Of a DNA stretch of 64,000 nt, positions 19,816 through 30,770 are shown piece after piece. Source of the stretch: Bacteroidota bacterium. Lineage in GTDB: Bacteria; Bacteroidota; Bacteroidia; Bacteroidales; SZUA-534. The translations under genes were made by a program, and so were the position numbers. Under the pieces are notes generated by a model. That model worked only from the letters and a program-made list of their open reading frames with translations. It had not been told where the DNA came from and made no database searches. Numbering within the stretch: the first letter of the stretch is position 1; each line of letters starts with the position of its first letter. The stretch is from the NCBI GenBank assembly GCA_003250355.1, contig QKGS01000078.1, positions 616-64,615 of the forward strand, written 5' to 3'.

Positions 19816-22020
19816 TTATATTTTTATACCAAGAATAATAATATCATCAACCTGACTGGTATTTTCCATCCATTTCTCAATTTCAAGGTCAAGCATTACC
19901 TTCTGTGTTTCCATAGGGTGCTTTTGAATAGAACCTAAATATTCTTTGAAACGTTTAGTAGAATATTTCTTTTCTTTGTCGCCTCCAAACTGATCGGGGA
20001 ATCCATCGGAGAAAACATATAAGGTATCACCTTTTTGAATATCAATAACTGTTTGTTCAAATGGTTTTTCTTTAATATGAACAGCAATAGGGTTTCGGGT
20101 TGCTTTTGTTTCCATTAATTCACCTTTCCTGTATAAGAACAAAGGATTATAAGCACCGGAGAACTGCACCTTCATGTTATTAAAATCAATAACCATAAGT
20201 CCCATATCCATACCATCTTTATTAGTGTTAGCTTCACCTGTTTGACCTAGAGTCTCTTTTACTTTTTCTCTTAAGTGATTAAGTATTTCATCGGATTGAA
20301 CTATATGTTGCTGGTTCACTATCTCATTTAAAAACGATACTCCCAACATACTCATGAATGCTCCGGGAACACCATGACCTGTACAGTCGGCAGCCGTTGC
20401 AATAACGTATCCGTCTTTTTCGCCAACCCACCAAAAGTCGCCGCTTACTATATCGCGCGGTTTCCAAAGCAGGAAGTAATCTTTAAGCAAATGTTGTGCT
20501 TTCTCTTCAGAAGGGACTATTGCGCGCTGAATACGCTGTGCATAATGAATACTTGCCTTAATCTCTTCATTTTGTTTTTCAATCTTATTCTTTTGCTTTT
20601 CTAATAGTATATTATCCTTTTTCTTGCGCTGATAGCTTCGTAATACCTGAATTGAAAATATTACAACTATAACAAGTACAGAAAGAATAAACCCCCTAAT
20701 CATACGATCTCGCTTACGCTTTTGTTCATATTCGAGTTGCTGAATTTCCTGTTGCTTGTCAAATTCATGCTGCATACTCATTTGTGTAAGCAATTCTACA
20801 TTCTGATCTTTCTTAAGCGAATCTTCAAGCGATTTATATATTTCATATGTATTAAAAGCATTAACAAAATCACCTTTCTGCTTATATGCTTTTATCAGAT
20901 ATTCGTAAGCTGTAGAAAGGTAAATTAAAAAATCGAGTTCTTTACTCTTATCTCGTACATGGCTTAAATACTTTATTGCTGCATTTAATTCACCTCGATA
21001 TAACTTAACTTCACCAAGCCCCTGATATGAAACAATTAATTCACGAACATCATCAATAAGTTTTTGATTTAATTCCAAAGCTTCAGTAAATTCTTTTTCG
21101 GCCATAGCAAGCGACTCCAATGAATTGTTATTTAGGTATTGATTTTCATATAAAATACCAAAACGGTTCTTTACCATTATTACTCCCAGAACATCATCCA
21201 TTTCATCGTAAATTGCAATTGCTTCGTTAAGCATTACCATTGCAGAATCAACATACCCACTCTCACTTAGTATACTTCCTAATCGTTGTGCGGTAGTAGC
21301 AACCCCTCGTGCATCGCCTATATCTTTTGCAAGACTATATGCTTGAGCAAAGAATTTTGCGGCGTTTTCATTTTTATTTTGCTGATTATATACACCTCCA
21401 ATATTGCCAAGTGTTTTGAATATTCGCGAGCTATCTTTTATTTTCTCACTTTGACGAAGGCTTGCATAATAGTTATCTAAAGCCTTTTCAAAATTTCCCT
21501 GATCATAATATACTGCTCCAATATTATGATATACATCGGCAACTCTCTTATTATCTTTTATTTGCTCGCTTATTTTAAGTCCATTAGAGTAATGTTCAAT
21601 AGCTTTCATATACTCCGACTTATTGTGATAGAATAATCCTATGTTTATTTCTGCCTTACCTTGTGCTAAAAGATCACCAAGAACTTTATTAAGTTCCAAA
21701 TTTTTATAGGCATAAACTAACGCAGAATCAAACTCATATTTGTAGTAAAAACTATTGGCACAACGCAAATAAGCTAAAGCGAGTCCCTTTTTAAAGTCTG
21801 ATTTTTGAGCAAGTTCAATAGCCTTATATGCATATTCTGTTGATTTATCAACACTTATATTTTTAGCGCACAGCGATAATTCATTGAGAATATTAACTTT
21901 TGCAGTATCTTCCTTTGCTTTGCTTAATGCCGAAAGCAACTCCAGTTCCTCTTCCTTAGGACTTTGGGGAAAGGCTGTTGCAACAGTAAAAGTAAACAAT
22001 AGCAAAAAAAGAAATCTCAT
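19816..22020 (-). CDS. TPR-repeat sensor with TM segment and SpoIIE/PP2C serine phosphatase domain
   Basis: Signal peptide plus about 9 TPR-like repeats, one TM (ILSVLVIVVIFSI), a coiled coil, and PP2C motifs SGDFWW, ADCTGHGVPGAFMSMLG, DGFPDQFGG and DDIIILG. Confidence 0.85.
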   Translation of the reverse strand: MRFLFLLLFTFTVATAFPQSPKEEELELLSALSKAKEDTAKVNILNELSLCAKNISVDKSTEYAYKAIELAQKSDFKKGLALAYLRCANSFYYKYEFDSALVYAYKNLELNKVLGDLLAQGKAEINIGLFYHNKSEYMKAIEHYSNGLKISEQIKDNKRVADVYHNIGAVYYDQGNFEKALDNYYASLRQSEKIKDSSRIFKTLGNIGGVYNQQNKNENAAKFFAQAYSLAKDIGDARGVATTAQRLGSILSESGYVDSAMVMLNEAIAIYDEMDDVLGVIMVKNRFGILYENQYLNNNSLESLAMAEKEFTEALELNQKLIDDVRELIVSYQGLGEVKLYRGELNAAIKYLSHVRDKSKELDFLIYLSTAYEYLIKAYKQKGDFVNAFNTYEIYKSLEDSLKKDQNVELLTQMSMQHEFDKQQEIQQLEYEQKRKRDRMIRGFILSVLVIVVIFSIQVLRSYQRKKKDNILLEKQKNKIEKQNEEIKASIHYAQRIQRAIVPSEEKAQHLLKDYFLLWKPRDIVSGDFWWVGEKDGYVIATAADCTGHGVPGAFMSMLGVSFLNEIVNQQHIVQSDEILNHLREKVKETLGQTGEANTNKDGMDMGLMVIDFNNMKVQFSGAYNPLFLYRKGELMETKATRNPIAVHIKEKPFEQTVIDIQKGDTLYVFSDGFPDQFGGDKEKKYSTKRFKEYLGSIQKHPMETQKVMLDLEIEKWMENTSQVDDIIILGIKI

Positions 22021-22107
22021 ATATTATAGCTTATAATAAACAGTAAAAGTACACAATATTTTAACTTATACTAAATAATAGTATTGGTTTAAAAGTTTAA
22101 AAATAAT

Positions 22108-22131
22108 AAAAGCCGCTAAAAAGCGGCTTTT
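22108..22131 (-). terminator. intrinsic terminator of the second PKD/T9SS gene
   Basis: aaaagccgc-loop-gcggctttt hairpin in an A/T-rich context directly after the stop at 22157. Confidence 0.7.
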
Positions 22132-22156
22132 ATTATTCAATATATTTTGTAAAATG

Positions 22157-25100
22157 TTACTTAATTACAAAGCGTTCAATAGTAGAATTACCATTAATTA
22201 AGACTTTGGCAGTATAAATACCCGGCATAATACTGTTAAGCTCAATAAATTCATTAACTAAACCGGCAGAAATAGTCCTGGTATCAGAGAAGATAATTTT
22301 ACCTGTAATATCAATAATGTCAATTTGTATTTCATCATCGTCGGCAATAACTGACGAGATATAAAATGACCCATTATTCGGATTCGGATAGATACTAATG
22401 TTACTTGATTTCAATTTTTGTGCATCGCTACTAGCCGAGACTGTTCCTCCTTTAATAGTTATTTCCTCACCCGATGCCTTTATACCGCCATCGGAAGTAA
22501 TAATAACTTCAATACTCTCGCCACCTCCACTTGGGAATGGTAAATAAACAGTAGCTACTGCACCTGCCGAAGTAACATTTGCCTGATCATTTTTACTTAA
22601 ACTAATATATATTTTACTGTTACCCTGATCAACAGTAAAGAATGTTATAAGATCATTCGCTGTTTGAGTTAAGAAGTTACCGTTAAAATCGACAATAATA
22701 CCACTCCAATTAACCCCTTCAACTCCTACAAGTTCAAGTTCATAACCAAAACCATAAATTTCATTTACTGATTTATCGCTTGGCTCTGTTAAAATAGTAC
22801 GTACTACACGAGTAGTGGCAGCTCCTTTTGTTGGTACTATTTCGCTTATTTCGGCGGTAAGAGTCCACTCTCCTGCTTTATTAAATTCTTCTTTGTTTGG
22901 AGTATGGCTATGTGCAAAGTTTTGACGAATAGCCAAAGTATCGTCGAGGTTAATAATACCGTCGCCGTTACAGTCGCCATGCATATTATTGGTACTGTCT
23001 ATTTGATAGTTAGCCCAAAGCTGACTTGTTTGTCCTTTCCAAAGTATACTTGCATCGAGCCTTGAAGGACCTTCCATTCCATAATTCATACCAATGGTAA
23101 GAATATCGTAATGGTTTGCTTCGTTATCATTATTGGCATCGCCCGGCCAAACACAGTTATAGGTACAAGTATCAATGTTCTCTTCTGAAATGTTAATGTC
23201 CTGACAATATCGTTTAGGTGCACTTGTTACTGATTCTACAGTAGGTGTGGTAGTTAAACAAACTGCATAGTAACCTTTTTGACTATATGTATGCGAAGGG
23301 ACTTCTTCTACCGATGTTACTCCATCTCCAAAATCCCAAAAGTAAGAGTCAATATCACCAGCCGACTGGTTATTGAAGTGTACGATATTACTTTCCTTAT
23401 CGGCAAAGTATGTAAAGTACGAAGAGTGCTTACCTGTAACATCACCAACTGAGAGTATTTGACAATCGGTATTTTGATATTTTTCATTTTTAACGGTTAA
23501 GCAAACATTGTAATATCCACTTGTAGTATATACGTGTTCTGGATTTTGTTCTGTCGAAGGTCGGCTATTGTCGCCAAAATCCCAATACCATGCTAAAACA
23601 TCGCCAAGGCTTCTGTCTTCAAACTGTACTGCATTAGTATCGGTACTTGCATTACTTGCAAAGTCGGCATCTACCGGAATTACTGTATCGGTTTGTGATG
23701 TAAATGGCTTAATATATACACGTTTCTTTACAGCGTGCATATAAGTAAGCGTTTTTGATTTAACAGTAAGTGCTACTACATAATAACCACTTTTCTTATA
23801 TGTATGTACAGGGTTTTCTTCGTTTGAAATTAATCCATCGTCAAAATCCCAAGAGTAGGAGTCAAAATTACCAATCGATTGGGTAAAGAAACTTACCATA
23901 CCATTTGAATCGGCAAAGTATGAAAAGTCGGCTTTACATATATCATCCCCAAACGAAACAACTACTTCTTTGGCTACTTCATCAATCTTACCGGTTTTTT
24001 CGTCGTATATTCTTAACAAAACTTTATAATAGCCTGCACTCTTGTATTCGTATTTAGCTGTTGATTCATAAGAATAACCTCTACCATCACCAAAGTCCCA
24101 GAAATATTTTGATATTTCGCCTTCGCTTGTACTTGAGAAATATACAATATTACCTTCTGTATAAAAACTAAAATCGGCTTTGTATACAGGAATATAAGTA
24201 GCTGAAATTCTAACAGGTATGGTATATGTATTTATCATTTTTTGACCCGATAATGTAATTCCGCTTGCTGTTAATTTTATGTAATACACACCTGGTTTAC
24301 TATAAGTATGTGTAGCATCTTTAGTATAAGCATAGCTACCATCGCCAAAATCCCATATATATTTCAATTCTATATTAGCCGATGTTGTACTCTCATTTGC
24401 AAGTTTTACAGTATTTTCTTTGATGTAGTATGAAAATTTTGCGGTACAGTAATCTTTATAACCAATTAAATCTTTAGTTGGATTAACTACCACTTTCATT
24501 ACATATTTATTGCAAGAAGTAATATTTACTTTATCTGATGATTTTGCCTGTAACACAACTTCATATGTACCCGGCTCTTTATATGTATGAACAATAGTAT
24601 CGTTGCCGGTATAGTATGTGCCGTCGCCAAAATCCCAAAAGAATTCTTCGGCATTTCCAACATATTTAGCAGCAAACATTACATTCAAATATACTTTAGT
24701 TAAGATAGTTTTTGGAGTTTCCATATAAGTAAATGAAATATAACACCTTTGCTCCTGGTCTTTAATTTCAATTGTATTATATATTTTATCGGCTTGACCG
24801 GTTTTATCGTTGTAGGCAACTAACCTAACATCATATACTCCGGCTTCCTTATATATGTGTCGCGGAGAGCGCATCTCAGAAGTATATCCATCGCCAAAGT
24901 CCCAATAGTATCCACCTATATCGCCTGTTGAGCTGTTTATAAAATCGACAGTATCACCCTTTATTATACTTGAAAATGATGCTCTTATTACTGTATTTTC
25001 ACCAAGTGCATCTTTTATTTCTATTTCACGTTTGGTTTCACTATAACAATCTTTATCGGCATTGTATGCTCCTAAATAAATGGTATAAAAGCCATTGTCT

Positions 25101-27175
25101 TTATATGTATGGTTTGAAATGTTTACAGAATCGTATCCTGTTCCATCGCCCATATCCCATTTGTATTTTGGTGTACCATTAACTTGCGAAGTGTTGGTTA
25201 ATGAAATAGTACCACCTCCTAATTGTGAAATTGTGAAATTTGCAAAAGCACAAGGAGTAGCTTCGGCAGTTACGGTAACGTATAAGCTTGCATTACCTGT
25301 TTCTCCAATAGCACTTTCTGCAGTAACAAAAACCTTATAAGTTCCCGGTTTTTCATAAGTGTGAGTATATGTAACTGCACCCCCATTAGGTGAATACACT
25401 GATTTTCCATTTCCATCGTCAAAGTTAAAGTAGTATTTAGCCTCAGTTGTTATTGATGCAAAATTGGCATCGAACTTAACCTGAAGGCTGCCGGGGGTGT
25501 TTGTTGCAGTAACCTCACCTTTTACTTCGGGGTATATAGCTACCATACCGGCTCCTTTAGTCCCTACCCATATTGTTCCATTGTCAATAATTTCTATACA
25601 AGTAATTGAAGCTCTAAAACCTGCTGTATATACCTTCCATTCCTGATAATTATTCAAAACAGCAATTCCTTTTTCCCCTGCAATACACACCTTATTTCCC
25701 CAAGCTCCTACTTTGTATTTTATATCAACTATTTGTCCAATTTCAGGTATAACCGAATTGCACTTTTCTGTTAATTTGGCATCTAATGTATTTGTTGAGA
25801 CAGAATAAATATAAATTACATTTTTGTATTTGTCATGTAACCATAAATGTTTCTGAACATTTGCATAGCACATATTTTTTATTCCACGGGTATATTCGTT
25901 ATCTAATTTTATATAATCACTATATAATAAATAATCGTCAAGTGAAAAAAGCATTTTTGAAGCATTTGCATCGTATACAGCATCGTAAACATTATCTTTA
26001 TAAATAATATTTGACCAGCTTGAACCATCGAAAACAGCAACGCCATTACCAACATCGGAACACAAGTAATATGTGTTATTGTATACAGAAGCAGAAGCAG
26101 AGAAATTCCCATTAGGATAGTTTGCCGGCACCCCTTTATTGGTTAATAATGTACTTGCATCAGCAAATAATGCCGGTTTACCTTCAGGATTAACCACAAT
26201 AAGATTATCATTTGCAGGGTTTACTGCAATTGTTTTACCACCTCCGGGAATATCCGTTCTAACCGGATTTGCTTGGATTTTGTTACTAAGTATGGTGTAT
26301 CGGTATAAATATTCAGAAGTGGTAAAAAACCCGAATTGTGATGTTCCGCCAAGGAACGCAATACCTGTTATATCGTCGGGAAATCCGTTTTTGGAGTTAA
26401 AGTATTCCATACCGGCCGGAGCCTGATCGGGATTGGGAGCCACACTACTTTCATCGTATATGGCTTTATATTCCGATGATAAGTCGGTAACAAAAGTTCC
26501 GGGAAGAATAATAACCCCCTTTGATGAGCTCCATTTATTAAATGCAGCGGCTGGTGCCGGTAATTTCATTCCATTGAATTTATTGCTTGCAAAAGCAATT
26601 TCTCCAATAATGTCTAACCCATCGGGTAGTTCTATGTTTTGAATACCCATCCCTTTAAAAGCTCCGGGAGCAATTGATTTTACATTAAACCCATTAAATA
26701 CAGGTGGAATATAAATTAAAGGGTATTCTGCCACAATACTACTGATACATTTTACAATGGCTCCATTAGTTTTATCAAACTCTATATCTTTGTCCGGATT
26801 AATTACATGAACTCCTTTACTTGTTAACTGGCATAGTAACAAAGGATCTGCTAATTTTCTTGTAAATTGATTATTAAAAGCATCAAATAGTACTATTCCA
26901 TTATTGTATTCTTTTATATCAACAATATAGTCTTTTCCGTCAATAAGCGATGAAAATTTTGCAACACCATAAATATTAGTAGTTTCATCGTACGTGGTTT
27001 GTGGATTGTCTTTTTGTGTTACTGTTACCACAATTCCGGAAACAGGTTTGCCGTTGTATTGTTTTACAACTTCAATTGACATATCCTGTGCAAAGAATAC
27101 AAGGCTTAAGAAGCTTAGTGTAAGTGTCAGAACATATCTGACGAAATACTTAATTGGGGGTGAAAATGATTTCAT
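22157..27175 (-). CDS. large T9SS-secreted surface protein, paralog of 1701..6137, with an extra CarboxypepD_reg-like and BspA-type LRR N-terminus
   Basis: Same architecture as the first gene: about 9 WDFGDG PKD repeats, a dockerin-like DCNGDGIINLDDTLAIRQNF, a cohesin-like block and a T9SS CTD IYPNPNNGSFYIS...GIYTAKVLINGNSTIERFVIK. The C-terminal ~450 aa are clearly homologous to gene 1 (segments compared by eye look roughly 80% identical). Confidence 0.9.
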   Translation of the reverse strand: MKSFSPPIKYFVRYVLTLTLSFLSLVFFAQDMSIEVVKQYNGKPVSGIVVTVTQKDNPQTTYDETTNIYGVAKFSSLIDGKDYIVDIKEYNNGIVLFDAFNNQFTRKLADPLLLCQLTSKGVHVINPDKDIEFDKTNGAIVKCISSIVAEYPLIYIPPVFNGFNVKSIAPGAFKGMGIQNIELPDGLDIIGEIAFASNKFNGMKLPAPAAAFNKWSSSKGVIILPGTFVTDLSSEYKAIYDESSVAPNPDQAPAGMEYFNSKNGFPDDITGIAFLGGTSQFGFFTTSEYLYRYTILSNKIQANPVRTDIPGGGKTIAVNPANDNLIVVNPEGKPALFADASTLLTNKGVPANYPNGNFSASASVYNNTYYLCSDVGNGVAVFDGSSWSNIIYKDNVYDAVYDANASKMLFSLDDYLLYSDYIKLDNEYTRGIKNMCYANVQKHLWLHDKYKNVIYIYSVSTNTLDAKLTEKCNSVIPEIGQIVDIKYKVGAWGNKVCIAGEKGIAVLNNYQEWKVYTAGFRASITCIEIIDNGTIWVGTKGAGMVAIYPEVKGEVTATNTPGSLQVKFDANFASITTEAKYYFNFDDGNGKSVYSPNGGAVTYTHTYEKPGTYKVFVTAESAIGETGNASLYVTVTAEATPCAFANFTISQLGGGTISLTNTSQVNGTPKYKWDMGDGTGYDSVNISNHTYKDNGFYTIYLGAYNADKDCYSETKREIEIKDALGENTVIRASFSSIIKGDTVDFINSSTGDIGGYYWDFGDGYTSEMRSPRHIYKEAGVYDVRLVAYNDKTGQADKIYNTIEIKDQEQRCYISFTYMETPKTILTKVYLNVMFAAKYVGNAEEFFWDFGDGTYYTGNDTIVHTYKEPGTYEVVLQAKSSDKVNITSCNKYVMKVVVNPTKDLIGYKDYCTAKFSYYIKENTVKLANESTTSANIELKYIWDFGDGSYAYTKDATHTYSKPGVYYIKLTASGITLSGQKMINTYTIPVRISATYIPVYKADFSFYTEGNIVYFSSTSEGEISKYFWDFGDGRGYSYESTAKYEYKSAGYYKVLLRIYDEKTGKIDEVAKEVVVSFGDDICKADFSYFADSNGMVSFFTQSIGNFDSYSWDFDDGLISNEENPVHTYKKSGYYVVALTVKSKTLTYMHAVKKRVYIKPFTSQTDTVIPVDADFASNASTDTNAVQFEDRSLGDVLAWYWDFGDNSRPSTEQNPEHVYTTSGYYNVCLTVKNEKYQNTDCQILSVGDVTGKHSSYFTYFADKESNIVHFNNQSAGDIDSYFWDFGDGVTSVEEVPSHTYSQKGYYAVCLTTTPTVESVTSAPKRYCQDINISEENIDTCTYNCVWPGDANNDNEANHYDILTIGMNYGMEGPSRLDASILWKGQTSQLWANYQIDSTNNMHGDCNGDGIINLDDTLAIRQNFAHSHTPNKEEFNKAGEWTLTAEISEIVPTKGAATTRVVRTILTEPSDKSVNEIYGFGYELELVGVEGVNWSGIIVDFNGNFLTQTANDLITFFTVDQGNSKIYISLSKNDQANVTSAGAVATVYLPFPSGGGESIEVIITSDGGIKASGEEITIKGGTVSASSDAQKLKSSNISIYPNPNNGSFYISSVIADDDEIQIDIIDITGKIIFSDTRTISAGLVNEFIELNSIMPGIYTAKVLINGNSTIERFVIK

Positions 27176-27350
27176 GATATTTGAATGTTTAGTTAATACC
27201 AGATTTAACTGTTAAATAAATAGTTACATTAAAATTGAACAGAAACAAAGTTACAAAAAATATATGTTTTATCCTGAATATGATAGTATGTTATAAAAGT
27301 AATACTACAAAATAAAAGCATACTGATTTTGTATAAAAAGAGAAAATAAT

Positions 27351-27470
27351 GGGGGTGTCCAAAAAGTCACGGGGTGAATAGATTTGTTAGAATTCTCAAA
27401 TGACAAATTACTGTATAGCTAACAATTAGCAATTCACCCCGTGACTAATCTGAAGTTTTTGGACAGCCCC
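27351..27470. mobile_element. 120-nt MITE-like palindromic repeat, copy A
   Basis: Termini gggggtgtccaaaaagtcacggggtgaat ... attcaccccgtgac(taatctgaag)tttttggacagcccc form a long stem. Its reverse complement matches 46966..47083 with only a few mismatches by eye. Confidence 0.8.
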
Positions 27471-27671
27471 ATCTGATATAATAAGAAGAAAGTTTAACCC
27501 GCATTATGCATTAGTTTTTTAAAATTAACGTTAATCAATTAGTAACCAGCGTCTTTCTAATGCAACGAATTAGAGCGGGTTGAACCCAGATGGTTGACTG
27601 ATGTTTTTCATTAACCTACTGCATTGCTTCTATTTACCATCATTTTTTCAATTCTAATGCATAATTAGGGT

Positions 27672-29642
27672 TTAATCTACATCAATAATTTCAAATTCAA
27701 TAAAACTACTATTTTTACCTGTACTGGAAGAAAATCCTTCATACTGTAAGCGTTCCTGCTCTACCCCTTTTTCTATCAGATAGTCATAAACTGATTTTGC
27801 TCTTTTTTCCGACAATCGGGTTTTGAGGTCATCTACAGTAGCCATACGACCATTAATCCTAATTTTAACAGCTATATTTTCTTGCATAAATTCAACAAAG
27901 TCGGCAAGTAATATATTGGCAGAAGCTTCAAAGACAAAGCTATTTTTTGGAAAATCGAGCCCGGTAAGTTCAAATTTTTCACCAACTCTAATAGGAAACA
28001 TATTTACACTCTTATAATAAAATTCTGCCCCTTTTACTGTATTCAAAATTTTATCGGTAAAGCTGTAACCTTCTTTAGAAATACTAAATAAATAACGGTG
28101 CTCTATATTAGGAATTACTGCACTAAAACGTCCGGTATATTTATCGAATACTACGGGTATTCGTTCGTTAGTAAGCATACTTATAATATTCAGTTCAATA
28201 TCTGATAAAACTTTATTGTTATGATCAAGGATAATGCCTGATACTATGGAATTTTGGTTACATTCAATAAAATTGGATAATTTGGTTCTGTATATTTCAC
28301 AACCGCCTATGGGGCTTAAATACTTGCGTACAAATATTGCATAGTTTTCAGCCGATGAAAAAGTAAAGTCTTTATCGTCGTCGTATGAATTAACAGGCTT
28401 ACCCAAGTTTTGGGGCTTACTCCAACCTGTATCGGTTTTGTGCGAAACAAAAATATCGAAACCTCCCAAGCCAAAATGACCATTGGATGCAAAAAACAGA
28501 TGTTTACCATCGGCAGTAATAGTCGGATTTATTTCATCGTTTACTGTATTAATAACATTTCCTAAATTTACAGGTTTCATCCAGTTGCCATCGTTACTCA
28601 TTTTAGTTTCGTAAATATCCATCCCTCCAACACCTGCATTTCTGTTACTCACAAAATACATAGTTTGTTCATTGGCAGTAAGAGTCGGATAACCTTCAAA
28701 ACTGGTTGGTGTATTTATATTTTTCGGTTTTGAATATTCTGAAAGCTTTTTATTTTCAAAATTGGCCTGAAATATATCGACACTATTGGGGTCTTTCTTT
28801 CCTGTTGATTGTTTGGGTTCAGTAGTTAAAAATACTTTTGTTGAATTATTGAATGGTAATAGTGCATGACATTCGGAATCGTCGGGAATATTTATAATAC
28901 TGTACTTAGAAGAATATACCGGTTTATTTATACTGTCAACCCCTTCCAAATAGCTGTAAACCCATTTTTCGGCAGGTGTGTTGTAAATAGACATACTAGG
29001 GTTACGTTTAAGCTTATTGCGGTATATTACAAAAACAGCATCTTTTGAAACAGCTGCATCGGTTTCGTCGTTAACAGTGTTTACCCCTTTTAATTCTTCA
29101 TAATCGGCTATGTTAGCAGAATCTTTCCACTCTTCCCATTGAATGCAGTTATACAAGTATTCATTTGCTTTATTCAATGCTATTTCATTGTCTGTATTTA
29201 ACTGCTTATATTGTTTTAAATAGAGGCCGGCAAGGTCGTACTGCCTGTTAATAAACATATTTTCACCTAAATAAAAATATGCATTATAACTATCGATACG
29301 GTTACACAGAACTACTGAATTAAGAAAGCACTTTTCTGCTTTATTAAAGTAGTAAGCTGTGTTAGCCGAGAGCATCATATCGTACTGCGATACTATTGCC
29401 TTAAAATGATAGATCTTTCCTAAAAGATACCAAGCGTCGGCAAATGCTGTATCTTTTGCGGTAATACGTTTAAGTATAGGAATAGCCTTATTTTCATTAC
29501 TATCGGCTACTAATTCGAGTGCTTTTGAATATAATTCAGATGTTTCAGAATATCTGGACTGAGTACAAGTGTATTGCTGAGCTTTTATAAGCGGCAAAAA
29601 TGCTATACTTATTAATAGATTTATTACAATATTTCTGAGCAT
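27672..29642 (-). CDS. TPR + TolB-like (PD40) beta-propeller + OmpA-like C-terminal domain protein
   Basis: Signal peptide, TPR-like N-terminus, repeated PD40 motifs (MYFVSNR...GGMDIY, HLFFASN...GGFDIF), and a degenerate OmpA-like C-terminus (RLSEKRAKSVYDYLIEKGV). Confidence 0.7.
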   Translation of the reverse strand: MLRNIVINLLISIAFLPLIKAQQYTCTQSRYSETSELYSKALELVADSNENKAIPILKRITAKDTAFADAWYLLGKIYHFKAIVSQYDMMLSANTAYYFNKAEKCFLNSVVLCNRIDSYNAYFYLGENMFINRQYDLAGLYLKQYKQLNTDNEIALNKANEYLYNCIQWEEWKDSANIADYEELKGVNTVNDETDAAVSKDAVFVIYRNKLKRNPSMSIYNTPAEKWVYSYLEGVDSINKPVYSSKYSIINIPDDSECHALLPFNNSTKVFLTTEPKQSTGKKDPNSVDIFQANFENKKLSEYSKPKNINTPTSFEGYPTLTANEQTMYFVSNRNAGVGGMDIYETKMSNDGNWMKPVNLGNVINTVNDEINPTITADGKHLFFASNGHFGLGGFDIFVSHKTDTGWSKPQNLGKPVNSYDDDKDFTFSSAENYAIFVRKYLSPIGGCEIYRTKLSNFIECNQNSIVSGIILDHNNKVLSDIELNIISMLTNERIPVVFDKYTGRFSAVIPNIEHRYLFSISKEGYSFTDKILNTVKGAEFYYKSVNMFPIRVGEKFELTGLDFPKNSFVFEASANILLADFVEFMQENIAVKIRINGRMATVDDLKTRLSEKRAKSVYDYLIEKGVEQERLQYEGFSSSTGKNSSFIEFEIIDVD

Positions 29643-29738
29643 ACACTTAATTCAATCAGTATAATTGATTAAATATCGGAATAATGCCTTGAGAAAACAA
29701 GAAATATGTTAATTATAAAAACGGCAATAAACGGAGAG

Positions 29739-30770
29739 CTAAACTACTTTAGCATATTCTGATGATTCAGCAGCTTTCTGAGCCTTATATTTACGGTTAA
29801 CTATTGGTAAAAGTATTACGCAAAGTACTCCTATAACTATTAATAAAAGGTTCATAGAAGTATGACAAACTAAAGCAAATATTTTGCCGTCGCCTTTATC
29901 TAAACCATAAACAAAAAGTGTTTCTATTACCATAAAATGCCATGCTCCTATGCCTCCCTGAACCGGAGCAAGCATAGCTAAACCTCCCATTATAAAGGCT
30001 GTTAATCCTACAACAGGCCCTAATGTTGATGTAGGTTCGTAACTAAAAAACACTACATACATCATTAAGAAATACATGATAAAAATAAATACACTATGAG
30101 CAATATATCGCCCAGGATGCTTTAGATTCTTAATAGATTTTATACCCTGCCAGAAATTCGATAATAAATCATACACTTTAGCAAATAGATTTATTTGCTT
30201 AAGCTTTGATTTAAATTTCCAAACAAATACTATAAAACCTACAAATAAAGTTATACCCAATATCCATGTTACGGGTGAAAACAGGAATGATATTTTCTCA
30301 CCAAATTCAGGATTATTGGCTATAAATTTTTTAAAAACGCCTATTTGTGAAAATATAGTTGCAAAAACCAACATTGCCAGTAAAACTGTATCGGAAGCAC
30401 GTTCTATAACAACTGTTCCCACTAGCTTTGTGAAAGGTATTTTTTCTTGTTTTGATAGTACAGTACAACGAGCTAACTCTCCACCACGCGGTATTGCAAG
30501 GTTAGTTGCATACATTATCATTACAGAGAAGAATGTATTGATAGTTCGTGGTTTGTAGCCCAAAGGGTTAATAAGCATATTCCAACGAACTGCACGGCTA
30601 TAATGGCTTAGCAATGAGAATACAAACGACAACCAAATCCAGCCCCACTTAAGGTCTGTTATTTCTGACATAATGGTATCGACACCCAAATCGCGGTATA
30701 CAAAATAAAACATTACGATTCCCACTGTCAGGAAAGCCAGATATTTTAATACATTTAGAAACTTCTTCAT
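29739..30770 (-). CDS. LPG_synthase_TM / UPF0104 flippase-like membrane protein
   Basis: 343 aa with about 8 TM segments and a PRGGELARC motif typical of this family. Confidence 0.6.
   Translation of the reverse strand: MKKFLNVLKYLAFLTVGIVMFYFVYRDLGVDTIMSEITDLKWGWIWLSFVFSLLSHYSRAVRWNMLINPLGYKPRTINTFFSVMIMYATNLAIPRGGELARCTVLSKQEKIPFTKLVGTVVIERASDTVLLAMLVFATIFSQIGVFKKFIANNPEFGEKISFLFSPVTWILGITLFVGFIVFVWKFKSKLKQINLFAKVYDLLSNFWQGIKSIKNLKHPGRYIAHSVFIFIMYFLMMYVVFFSYEPTSTLGPVVGLTAFIMGGLAMLAPVQGGIGAWHFMVIETLFVYGLDKGDGKIFALVCHTSMNLLLIVIGVLCVILLPIVNRKYKAQKAAESSEYAKVV

Noticed and set aside
27480-27671. Repeated ctaatgca/attatgcattag strings and an aacccgc...gcgggtt pairing that might indicate an sRNA upstream of the second adhesin gene
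   Set aside because: The pairings are short and AT-rich, there is no second copy or covariation to support structure, and I cannot distinguish them from chance by eye.
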